Below, in pieces: positions 1-11,900 of a DNA stretch of 64,000 nucleotides. The notes beneath the pieces are model-generated. The model saw nothing but the letters and a program-made list of their open reading frames with translations. It searched no databases and had not been told where the DNA came from. The position numbers and the translations under genes are program-made. The stretch comes from Nemertoderma westbladi (lineage: Eukaryota > Animalia > Xenacoelomorpha): assembly GCA_032718475.1 (NCBI GenBank), contig JAUCBJ010009114.1:1-64000 (forward strand), read 5' to 3'. Position 1 is the stretch's first letter. Each line of letters starts with the position of its first letter.

Positions 1-1980
1 CTTGGATATCTCACTTACCTCCTTAATATCCTTGGATATCTCACTCACCTCCCCAATATCCTTGGATATCTCACTAACCTCCTCAATATCCTTGGATATC
101 TCACTAACCTCCCCAATATCCTTGGATATCTCACCTCCTCAATATCCTTGGATATCTCACCTACCTCCTCAATATCCTTGGATATCTCACCTCCTCAATA
201 TCCTTGGATATCTCACTAACCTCCTCAATATCCTTGGATATCTCACCTCCTCAATATCCTTGGATATCTCACTAACCTCCTCAAGATCCTTGGATATCTC
301 ACCTCCTCAATATCCTTGGATATCTCACTCACCTCCCCAATATCCTTGGATATCTCACTTACCTCCCCAATATCCTTGGATATCTCACCTCCTCAATATC
401 CTTGGATATCTCACTCACCTCCTTAATATCCTTGGATATCTCACTTACCTCCTTAATATCCTTGGATATCTCACTCACCTCCCCAATATCCTTGGATATC
501 TCACTAACCTCCTCAATATCCTTGGATATCTCACTAACCTCCCCAATATCCTTGGATATCTCACCTCCTCAATATCCTTGGATATCTCACTCACCTCCTT
601 AATATCCTTGGATATCTCACTTACCTCCTTAATATCCTTGGATATCTCACTTACCTCCTCAATATCCTTGGATACCTCACTTACCTCCTCAATATCCTTG
701 GATATCTCACTCACCTCCTTAATATCCTTGGATATCTCACTTACCTCCTTAATATCCTTGGATATCTCACTCACCTCCCCAATATCCTTGGATATCTCAC
801 TAACCTCCTCAATATCCTTGGATATCTCACTAACCTCCCCAATATCCTTGGATATCTCACCTCCTCAATATCCTTGGATATCTCACTCACCTCCTTTATA
901 TCCTTGGATATCTCACTTACCTCCTCAATATCCTTGGATACCTCACTCACCTCCCCAATATCCTTGGATATCTCACCTCCTCAATATCCTTGGATATCTC
1001 ACTCACCTCCTTAATATCCTTGGATATCTCACTTACCTCCTTAATATCCTTGGATATCTCACTCACCTCCCCAATATCCTTGGATATCTCACTAACCTCC
1101 TCAATATCCTTGGATATCTCACTAACCTCCTCAATATCCTTGGATATCTCACTAACCTCCTCAATATCCTTGGATATCTCACCTCCTCAATATCCTTGGA
1201 TATCTCACTTACCTCCTCAATATCCTTGGATATCTCACTTACCTCCTCAATATCCTTGGATATCTCACTCACCTCCTCAATATCCTTGGATATCTCACTT
1301 ACCTCCTCAATATCCTTGGATATCTCACTTACCTCCTCAATATCCTTGGATATCTCACTTACCTCCTCTATATCCTTGGATATCTCACTTACCTCCTTAA
1401 TATCCTTGGATATCTCACTTACCTCCTTAATATCCTTGGATATCTCACTTACCTCCTCAATATCCTTGGATATCTCACTTACCTCCTCAATATCCTTGGA
1501 TATCTCACTTACCTCCTCAATATCCTTGGATATCTCACTTACCTCCTTAATATCCTTGGATATCTCACTTACCTCATCAATATCCTTGGATATCTCACTT
1601 ACCTCCTCAATATCCTTGGATATCTCACTTACCTCCTCAATATCCTTGGATATCTCACTTACCTCCTCAATATCCTTGGATATCTCACTTACCTCCTCAA
1701 TATCCTTGGATATCTCACTTACCTCCTCAATATCCTTGGATATCTCACTTACCTCCTTAATATCCTTGGATATCTCACTTACCTCCTCAATATCCTTGGA
1801 TATCTCACTTACCTCCTCAATATCCTTGGATATCTCACTTACCTCCTCAATATCCTTGGATATCTCACTTACCTCCTCAATATCCTTGGATATCTCACTT
1901 ACCTCCTCAATATCCTTGGATATCTCACTTACCTCCTCAATATCCTTGGATATCTCACTTACCTCCTCAATATCCTTGGA
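1..1980. repeat. 30-bp minisatellite (CTTGGATATCTCACTTACCTCCTCAATATC)n with interspersed 25-bp deletion variants; continues past the left window edge
   Basis: Directly visible. About 26 uninterrupted 30-mers at ~1196-1980; mixed 30/25-bp units at 1-1195. The minus-strand unit contains GAG|GTAAGT. Confidence 0.98.
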
Positions 1981-2121
1981 TTTATCCTCTTCAAGGTCGA
2001 AGTCAAGTATTTTTAGTTCAGGGAACGGTATTTTTGGGAATAATTTCTCCAAAGACTTTCGCGCTCCCAGTGACTTCCTCCGCACTGTCTCTCTGGCGTG
2101 TGTTGCAGACACCTTCAACGA
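1963..2121 (-). CDS. Internal coding exon (159 bp, phase 0/0) of an unrecognised multi-exon gene: SLKVSATHARETVRRKSLGARKSLEKLFPKIPFPELKILDFDLEEDKSKDIEE
   Basis: The minus strand reads ttttccacttttag|TCGTTG...GATATTGAGGAG|gtaagt. It is an open frame of 53 codons with higher GC than its flanks. Confidence 0.75.
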
Positions 2122-2549
2122 CTAAAAGTGGAAAATACAAAGAATAAAAAAAGGCTCTCAGTGTCTGATAAGACTAATAAACTCTTGCATGTAGGGTGAT
2201 ACTGGGTTTTGGCGATCAAAGTGAGCCTTCCAACCGGCGATCAGCCGGAGATTCCGCTGTTGGCAGTTGGTTGGCTCTTTCTGTCCGTAATAAGATTAAT
2301 TAATTGCTATGCCGCAGCAAATTTCCTATTTGCATAAGCGGTAATTATTGCAGCAATCTGCTCACTGAGTAGCTCAGGCTGATTGTCTTAGTAATCTCGA
2401 TTCTCAGCTTGACTTCTTGGATTATGGATTTCCTTAACCTATTCTTCACCTGTTGGGTTTTTGTTTGCACCTTCCTTTGGTTATGAATGAGTTCTTAATG
2501 GCAGTCCAGTAATGTCAATCGGATGACTTTCCACACATGTTGATATTAT

Positions 2550-2853
2550 AAAAAAAATAGCGTTATGATATTACTGTAAGTGTTACCCATTGTATTCTAT
2601 AATTTGGAAGGGAGAATCTCTTATGCTCGTAGCCAATGAATGCCTATGTCCACCACCACTAGTGATCTTCCACAGTAAACCCTCCTACTATTGGCCATTA
2701 GTTCCCATTATCAACCATTCAAGGATTAAAGCCGGGGTTACGCTAGGGTGCAGCATGTAAAGCACTGCACAAACAGTGCTGACCCTTCTAGGGTTCGAAC
2801 CAGGGTCTCTTGAGTGGAAGCCCATAAATGTCACCACTAGAACAAGTGGCTGC
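2550..2853 (-). mobile_element. Probable tRNA-derived SINE (degenerate tRNA-Gly-like head)
   Basis: On the minus strand there is an A-box-like TAGTGG (~2839-2834), then CTTCCA, and a B-box GGTTCGAACCC (2801-2791) at tRNA spacing. The cloverleaf is not intact and the 3' boundary is approximate. Confidence 0.5.
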
Positions 2854-2982
2854 TATTCTGCAGTCATACAATATAAGTTTTGTAACGCCTTTTGAAATGT
2901 ATCGAAAGTGGAAAACGAAAGTGAGCTAACTAAGTCTAAATTTATTTATGTTGTATTTAATTTCTTTACTTTAAGAACTTAC

Positions 2983-3021
2983 CGCTTCAAAGTTAGCAGA
3001 CATGCGCCGGATAATTTCCAC
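2983..3021 (-). CDS. Short internal coding exon (39 bp, phase 0/0): VEIIRRMSANFEA
   Basis: The minus strand reads taattacag|GTGGAA...GAAGCG|gtaagt. It is a GC-richer island in AT-rich DNA and is phase-compatible with the exons at 14293-14441 and 1963-2121. Confidence 0.7.
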
Positions 3022-3910
3022 CTGTAATTAATAAAAGTTCATCATAATAATATAATAGGAATAGGCCTAGTTAAGGGCGACCTCGGACCAATCTTAATAG
3101 AGATTTTCTAGATCCAAATGTTATACTTAAGGGTGTAGGGTACACTCGCCCCTTCCCATGATGAAAATTACGAATTTTTATGTGTCGAATTCTATTAACT
3201 CAGACTTCAACTAGCAGTTCTTCGTATCTTTTTCTCAAATGTAAAGTTAACTGTTTAAAAGTGAGAGCGAATCAGATTAGGGCCATTTTCACCAGAAAGG
3301 ACCCAAAAAGATACCGGAAAGGTATCCGTCGTTTATGTGTATTAACGTGTATCCGTTATACGTTTAGGCTAAATTTACGAATTGTTAACAAATTTCTGGA
3401 TTTGTTATTCATTTTGGGAAGAAAAAAAAAATTTGACATTATATAAAATAGCGGGAACTTTTGAACTCTTCGTTGAACGTTGAACAGTTTTATCTCTAAA
3501 TGAAAATTATTATACGGAATTTTTATCGCCAATTTTTACTGAAATGAGTTGATGTTTGGAACCGAGGATCAAAATATGGTTGTCTGTAATACTAGCTATA
3601 TATTTTTTACTATTTTAATAATTTAGTTGAATCGAATAATACAATATAATTAATTAATACAATAATTAAAGCGGATGGTGAATAATTTATTTATTAAAAA
3701 TATGAAGATGAGAGAGACACCCAGGTCTTTATTGCCACCATCACCATCATCTACAGTTAGTAGGCCTAACCAATATAAGAATAATTGACTTAAACTTCAC
3801 TCAGTGACTACAGTACACTCTACAGTGTACAGTACCGGTACCTGGAATATAATTGAATGTAGTTTTGTGTTTCCCCAGTTTCTACAGCTACTGTACCAGT
3901 GCCCTCAAAC

Positions 3911-4165
3911 TCAGTCCATTACGCCATCCAAACAGAATTCTTCACATATTCTAAACGAGTTCCTTCTTGGGCTCAACGTATTGGCGAGATTAACGCACGA
4001 GACTTGGAACTTTATTTCCCTCTCGGTGGTCGCAGGAAGCTCACCACAGAATAATTGGAACGTTCCAACGTTGACGCCGCACGCGTTCATGCAACGTAGA
4101 AAAATATAGCAATCTCCTTGGAAACAACCCAAAACAATCACTAAAAAAACTATAATAATTCTCAT
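3911..4165 (-). CDS. Candidate intronless small secreted cysteine-rich protein (84 aa)
   Basis: ATG in acaATG context. The N-terminus MRIIIVFLVIVLGCFQGDC looks like a signal peptide and the mature part has C-x3-C-x10-C-x16-C-x16-C-x3-C. TATAAA at 4283-4278 upstream and AATAAA at 3733-3728 downstream on the minus strand. Confidence 0.6.
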   Translation of the reverse strand: MRIIIVFLVIVLGCFQGDCYIFLRCMNACGVNVGTFQLFCGELPATTEREIKFQVSCVNLANTLSPRRNSFRICEEFCLDGVMD

Positions 4166-4926
4166 TGTAATGAAAAAAAAGGATTATTAACAGCAATTAT
4201 ATTATTAGCGTATAAAATAAAATAAAGTAGCTTTATCGTTTCTAACTTTGGTTGGCCGGCCAATCCATATGAGACGATTTATAATCCCTTTCGCGACAGT
4301 TATTAAAATTCCAACTCTAAGTAGACGCTGTAGAATTTTATACTCATTTATTGCAGTTACTTACTTTTTCCTTTGTGTAGCAATAAATGCAATATTACTA
4401 ATATGGCTGATTACACCAGATTCAGCCGTAGTGAGTACACCATACCCCGCCGGAATATTCTGAAGTATTGTAATTCAATTCATTGTCTTCCTTTCCATAT
4501 ATAGTTTTACGAAACTACACATATGGATGAAGGTGATATTAGGGAAAATGACACGCCCCCCCCCCCCAAAAAAAAAATTTATCTTCAAATCATAATGAGA
4601 TTGCACGAAATTTAAAACGAGAGTTTCTCTCCCCGAACACTGAGTTTGTGAGCCAGAATTTTAATTTTGCTTTCAAGCTTTTTAGCTACAAGCGTTTGAA
4701 AAAACTGTCTCGTGCGATATTGCACCAGTCGTACTGCAGATATCGAAATGCTGATAACAAAATTATCATACAGCGGGAAATAATGTATTATAATATAACC
4801 TTAAATAAATAATTATTATTTTACTTTCTTCGGCATCGCGTTTGGCTTCATTATTGATACTTTTATGTTCTTGTTTCCCGTTTAGTGTTCTTGGACGAAA
4901 GGCACCCTGGTAATTTTTCTTCCTAT

Positions 4927-5001
4927 TAATTTTACAGTTTTAATATTTATTCTGGCTAAGGCTAATAATTTTACAGTTTTAATATTTATTCTGGCTAAGG
5001 C
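4927..5001. repeat. Two-copy tandem duplication, period 39 bp
   Basis: TAATTTTACAGTTTTAATATTTATTCTGGCTAAGGC occurs at 4927 and 4966. Confidence 0.9.
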
Positions 5002-5093
5002 CAGAAATATACGCCTACGGTTGCAAGTCTTGTAAGCTACAACTGTACACTACGGATTCTGTGATATAGGCCTATTACAGCGGAATTATCATC

Positions 5094-5790
5094 AGTACCA
5101 ATTTACTTCCCCCATTTTTGAATATCTCTCTCACCAAAAACAATTATTGATTCTCCAAAAACAATTATTGATTACCCAAAAACAATTATTCATCCCCAAA
5201 AACAATTATTCATTCTCCCTAAAATAATTACTTGTCAACTAAAAACAATTCTTCCAGCACCAAATATATGCAAATTCATTTATACAAATTCATTCATTTG
5301 TAGAATATTTTATTATTTTGGGGGAATAAGCATTTAATTTTGGGGGAATATTATGTATTTATTTTGGGGGATTATGTATTTATTTTGGGGGATTATGTAT
5401 TTATTTTGGGAAAATTTGTATTTATTTTGGGAAAATTTGTATTTATTTTGGGGGTTTTATCATTTATTGTGGTGTGAATAATTGACTTTGGGGGGTACCT
5501 ATTTATTTATTTTGATGCGAATGATTTTTTTGGTGTTGAAAAATTTATTTTGGTGTTGAAAAATTCATTTTGGTGTTTGAATAATATTATTTGGGGTGAC
5601 TTTATTCTATTAAAATTAATACACATTATTATTATATTCAACATTCATATATATATATATTATATATAACTTTATTTTATTTGGTGCTAAATAATTATTT
5701 TTGGGGTAACATTATTTAAATTAGTGTAATATAATTTTTGTTGGTGAAATTTTCATCAATTTTTGTATGACTTTAATTATTATTGGTACT
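5094..5790. repeat. Degenerate ~20-22-bp repeats in opposing orientation (CCAAAAACAATTATT... then ...TATTTTGGGG); possible old foldback/MITE relic
   Basis: CCAAAAACAATTATT x4 at ~5133-5210 and TATTTTGG(GG) units at ~5313-5710. A 9-bp inverted pair AGTACCAAT (5094)/ATTGGTACT (5782) brackets them. No TSD was found. Confidence 0.45.
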
Positions 5791-5867
5791 CAATAAAAAT
5801 CTATTTAATGTCTAGAAGAATACCAAATGATTTACGGTCTATAACTTACGGAAGCCCATAGCGGCCA

Positions 5868-8202
5868 GGACACAAACATTAATGTGGGACACAAACATTA
5901 ATGAGGGCACATTAATGAGGGACACAAACGTTAATGTGGGACACAAACATTAATGAGGGCACATTAATGAGGGACACAAACATTAATGAGGGACACAAAC
6001 ATTAATGAGGGACACAAACATTAATGAGGGACATACATTAATGGGGGACACAAACATTAATGAGGGACACAAACATTAATGAGGGACACAAACATTAATC
6101 AGGGACACAAACATTAATGAGGGACACAAACAGTAATGAGGGACACAGACGTTAATGAGGGACACAAACATTAATGAGGGACACAAACATTAATGAGGGA
6201 CATAAACATTAATGAAGGACATACATTAATGAGGGACACAAACATTAATGAGGGACACAAACATTAACGAGGGACACAAACATTAATGAGGGACACAGAC
6301 GTTAATGAGGGACACAAACATTAATGAGGGACACAAACATTAATGAGGGACACAAACATTAATGAGGGACACAAACATTAATGAAGGACATACATTAATG
6401 AGGGACACAAACATTAATGAGGGACACAAACATTAATGAGGGACACAAACATTAATGAGGTACACAAACATTAATGAGGGACACAAACATTAATGAGGGA
6501 CACAAACATTAATGAGGGACACAAACATTAATGAAGGACATACATTAATGAGGGACACAAACATTAATGAGGGACACAAACATTAATGAGGGACACAAAC
6601 ATTAATGGGGGACACAAACATTAATGAGGGACACAAACATTAATGGGGGACACAAACATTAATGAGGGACACAAACATTAATGAGGGACACAAACATTAA
6701 TGAGGGACACAAACATTAATGAGGGACACAAACATTAATGAGGGACACAAACATTAATAAGGGACACAAACATTAGTGAGGGACACAAACATTAATGAGG
6801 GACACAAACATTAATGAGGGACATAAACATTAATGAGGGATACAAACATTAATGAGGGACACAAACATTAATGAGGGACACAAACATTAAAGAGGGACAC
6901 AAACATTAATGGGGGACACAAACATTAATGAGGGACGCAAACATTAATAGGGGACACAAACATTAAAGAGGGACACAAACATTAATGAGATACACAAACA
7001 TTAATGAGGGACACAAACATTAATGAGGTACACAAACATTAATGAGGGACACAAACATTAATGGGGGACACAAACATTAAAGAGGGACACAAACATTAAA
7101 GAGGGACACAAACATTAATGAGGGACACAAACATTAATGGGGGACACAAACATTAAAGAGGGACACAAACATTAATGAGGGACACAAACATTAATGAGGG
7201 ACACAAACATTAATGGAGGTCACAAACATTAATGAGGGACACAAACATTAATGAGGGACACAAACATTAATGAGGGACACAAACATTAATGGAGGACACA
7301 AACATTAATGAGGGACACAAACATTAATGAGGGACACAAACATTAATGAGGGACACAAATATTAATGAGGGACACAAACATTAATGAGGGACACCGACGT
7401 TAATGAGGGACACAAACATTAATGAGGGACACAAACATTAATGAGGGACACAAACGTTAATGAGGGACACAAATATTAATGAGGGTCACAAACATTAATG
7501 AGGGACACAAACATTAATGAGGGACACAAACATTAAAGAGGGACACAAACATTAATGAGGGACGCAAACATTAATGAGGGACACAAACATTAATGAGGGA
7601 CACAAACATTAATGAGGGACACAAACATTAATGGGGGACACAAACATTAAAGAGGGACACAAACATTAAAGAGGGACACAAACATTAATGAGGGACACAA
7701 ACATTAATGGGGGACACAAACATTAAAGAGGGACACAAACATTAATGAGGGACACAAACATTAATGAGGGACACAAACATTAATGGAGGTCACAAACATT
7801 AATGAGGGACACAAACATTAATGAGGGACACAAACATTAATGAGGGACACAAACATTAATGGAGGACACAAACATTAATGAGGGACACAAACATTAATGA
7901 GGGACACAAACATTAATGAGGGACACAAATATTAATGAGGGACACAAACATTAATGAGGGACACCGACGTTAATGAGGGACACAAACATTAATGAGGGAC
8001 ACAAACATTAATGAGGGACACAAACATTAATGGGGGACACAAACATTAAAGAGGGACACAAACATTAAAGAGGGACACAAACATTAATGAGGGACACAAA
8101 CATTAATGGGGGACACAAACATTAAAGAGGGACACAAACATTAATGAGGGACACAAACATTAATGAGGGACACAAACATTAATGAGGGACACGTTAATGA
8201 GG
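5868..8202 (+). repeat. Left arm: 19-bp minisatellite (GAGGGACACAAACATTAAT)n, ~120 units
   Basis: Directly visible, with occasional 15/17-bp shortened units. Confidence 0.98.
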
Positions 8203-8920
8203 AATGTGACCTTTGATTAAAGTAGTGCGTGAATGGAGTAGTAGTCTGGTAGATATTCCTTCCATCTACATAATTGAAAGTGAGCCAGCTACCATTGCAT
8301 TTTGTTCATTTGCATATCTTAGAATTTTTCGTATCGCATTTCGTATCGTGTGAAGAAATGTCCTTTCTGATTATTTATAAATAAATGAATTGGAGTTGAG
8401 CTATTTATTTGATAACAGGAGTAAATAATTTAATTAAGGATTAATCTTAGACACTTAAAAAAGTCAATCAATCTGCAATATATCATTACAAGTTCCATCA
8501 CAGAAACTTATACCACAAATGCATCAAAACTATTTCTACCACGCCGGATTTATATGGAATAGTTTAAATAGTTTTATTATTACGGCTACCAGTACCTAGC
8601 ATTTTCACTATCCCACACCGCATATTACCCTCCAACGGCAACAAAGATAAAAATAGACTAATAAGCATCCACAAGTACGTTCTGTAACTACATGGAATTG
8701 TAATTGTCTACACCGCCGCTGTACCAGAGGTCACGTTCCCACGGTAGTAGTTTTTCAGCTAATCAATATCTAATATGTCTAACGGCAAGGATCACCATCG
8801 CCCTTATTAATATTCATTGGGAAGCATTGACCCCTATTAAGGTGTCCCCCAGAGCCGGATTAAGCATATGTGTGGCCCCTAGACATAGACAAATTAGTAA
8901 GGTGTCTATTAACTATTAAG
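8203..8920. other. Unique non-coding central loop of the foldback element
   Basis: About 720 bp of AT-rich non-repetitive sequence between the inverted arms, with no convincing ORF. Confidence 0.8.
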
Positions 8921-11900
8921 GTGTCCCTCATTAATGTTTGTGTCCCTCATTAATGTTTATGTCCCTCATTAATGTTTGTGTCCCTCATTAATGTTTGTGT
9001 CCCTCATTAATGTTTGTGTCCTTCATTAATGTTTGTGTCCCTCATTAATGTTTGTGTCCCTCATTAATGTTTGTGTCCCTCATTAATGTTAGTGTACCTC
9101 ATTAATGTTTGTGTCCCTCATTAATGTTTATGTCCCTCATTAATGTTTGTGTCCCTCAGTAATGTTTGTGCCCCTCATTAATGTTTGTGACCTTTCCTTA
9201 ATGTTTGTGTCCCACATTAATGTTTGTGTTCCTCATTAATGTTTGTGTCCCTCATTAACGTTTGTGTCCCTCATTAATGTTTGTGTCCCTCATTAATGTT
9301 TGTGTCCCTCATTAATGTTTGTGTCCCTCATTAATGTTTGTGTCCTCCATTAATGTTTGTGTCCCTCATTAATGTTAGTGTACCTCATTAATGTTTGTGT
9401 CCCTCATTAACGTTTGTGTCCCTCATTAATGTTTGTGTCCCTCATTAATGTTTGTGTCCCTCATTAATGTTTGTGTCCCTCATTAATGTTTGTGTCCTCC
9501 ATTAATGTTTGTGTCCCTCATTAATGTTTGTGTCCCTCATTAATGTTTGTGTCCCTCATTAATGTTTGTGTCCCTCATTAATGTTTGTGTCCCTCATTAA
9601 TGTTTGTGTCCCTCATTAATGTTTGTGTCCCTCATTAATGTTTGTGTCCCTCATTAATGTTTGTGTCCCTCATTAATGTTTGTGTCCCTCAGTAATGTTT
9701 GTGTTCCTCATTAATGTTTGTGTCCCTCATTAATGTTTGTGTCCCTCATTATTGTTTTTGTCCCTCATTAATGTTTATGTCCCTCATTAATGTTTGTGTC
9801 CCTCAGTAATGTTTGTGCCCCTCATTAATGTTTGTGACCTTCATTAATGTTTGTGTCCCACATTAATGTTTGTGTTCCTCATTAATGTTTGTGTCCCTCA
9901 TTAATGTTTGTGTCCCTCATTAATGTTTGTGTCCCTCATTAATGTTTGTGTCCCTCATTAATGTTTGTGTCCCTCATTAATGTTTGTGTCCCTCATTAAT
10001 GTTTGTGTCCCTCATTAATGTTTGTGTCCCTCATTAATGTTTGTGTCCCTCAGTAATGTTTGTGTTCCTCATTAATGTTTGTGTCCCTCATTAATGTTTG
10101 TGTCCCTCATTATTGTTTTTGTCCCTCATTAATGTTTATGTCCCTCATTAATGTTTGTGTCCCTCAGTAATGTTTGTGTCCCTCATTAATGTTTGCGACC
10201 CTCATTAATGCTTGTGTCCCACATTAATGTTTGTGTTCCTCATTAATGTTTGTGTCCCTCATTAACGTTTGTATCCCTCATTAATGTTTGTGTCCCTCAT
10301 TAATATTTGTGTCCCTCATTAATGTTTGTGTCCCTCATTAATGTTTGTGTCCCTCATTAATGTTTGTGTCCTCCATTAATGTTTGTGTCCCTCATTAATG
10401 TTTGTGTCCCTCATTAATGTTTGTGTCCCTCATTAATGTTTGTGTCCCTCATTAATGTTTGTGTCCCTCATTAATGTTAGTGTACCTCATTAATGTTTGT
10501 GTCCCTCATTAATGTTTATGTCCCTCATTAATGTTTGTGTCCCTCAGTAATGTTTGTGCCCCTCATTAATGTTTGTGACCTTCATTAATGTTTGTGTCCC
10601 ACATTAATGTTTGTGTTCCTCATTAATGTTTGTGTCCCTCATTAACGTTTGTGTCCCTCATTAATGTTTGTGTCCCTCATTAATGTTTGTGTCCCTCATT
10701 AATGTTTGTGTCCCTCATTAATGTTTGTGTCCTCCATTAATGTTTGTGTCCCTCATTAATGTTTGTGTCCCTCATTAATGTTTGTGTCCCTCATTAATGT
10801 TTGTGTCCCTCATTAATGTTTGTGTCCCTCATTAATGTTTGTGTCCCTCATTAATGTTTGTGTCCCTCATTAATGTTTGTGTCCCTCATTAATGTTTGTG
10901 TCCCTCATTAATGTTTGTGTCCCTCAGTAATGTTTGTGTTCCTCATTAATGTTTGTGTCCCTCATTAATGTTTGTGTCCCTCATTATTGTTTTTGTCCCT
11001 CATTAATGTTTATGTCCCTCATTAATGTTTGTGTCCCTCAGTAATGTTTGTGTCCCTCATTAATGTTTGCGACCCTCATTAATGCTTGTGTCCCACATTA
11101 ATGTTTGTGTTCCTCATTAATGTTTGTGTCCCTCATTAACGTTTGTATCCCTCATTAATGTTTGTGTCCCTCATTAATATTTGTGTCCCTCATTAATGTT
11201 TGTGTCCCTCATTAATGTTTGTGTCCCTCATTAATGTTTGTGTCCTCCATTAATGTTTGTGTCCCTCATTAATGTTTGTGTCCCTCATTAATGTTTGTGT
11301 CCCTCATTAATGTTTGTGTCCCTCATTAATGTTTGTGTCCCTCATTAATGTTTGTGTCCCTCATTAATGTTTGTGTCCCTCATTAATGTTTGTGCCCCTC
11401 ATTAATGTTTGTGTCCCTCATTAATGTTTGTGTCCCTCATTAATGTTTGTGTCCTCCATTAATGTTTGTGTCCCTCATTAATGTTTGTGTCCCTCATTAA
11501 TGTTTGTGTCCCTCATTAATGTTTGTGTCCCTCATTAATGTTTGTGTCCCTCATTAATGTTTGTGTCCCTCATTAATGTTTGTGTCCCTCATTAATGTTT
11601 GTGTTCCTCATTAATGTATGTCCCTCATTAATGTTTGTGTCCCTCATTAATGTGCCCTCATTAATGTTTGTGTCCCACATTAATGTTTGTGTCCCTCATT
11701 AATGTACCCTCATTAATGTTTGTGTCCCACATTAATGTTTGTGTCCTCCATTAATGTTTGTGTCCCTCATTAATGTTTGTGTCCCTCATTAATGTTTGTG
11801 TCCCTCATTAATGTTTGCGTCCCTCATTAATGTTTGTGTCCCTCTTTAATGTTTGTGTCCCTCATTAATGTTTGTGTCCCTCATTAATGTTTGTGACCCT

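Noticed and set aside
2-2125. 707-aa plus-strand ORF (SLDISLTSSI)n and other ORFs over the 30-mer array
   Set aside because: Antisense or alternative-frame read-through of the repeat. The splice signals support the minus strand only.
2780-2853. Functional tRNA gene
   Set aside because: A/B-box-like motifs are present but the acceptor and anticodon stems do not pair well; a SINE head is more likely.
3071-4803. Kolobok-like TTAA|GG...CC|TTAA element enclosing the secreted-peptide ORF
   Set aside because: TTAAGG occurs at 3071 and 3128 and CCTTAA at 4799, but no extended terminal inverted identity was seen.
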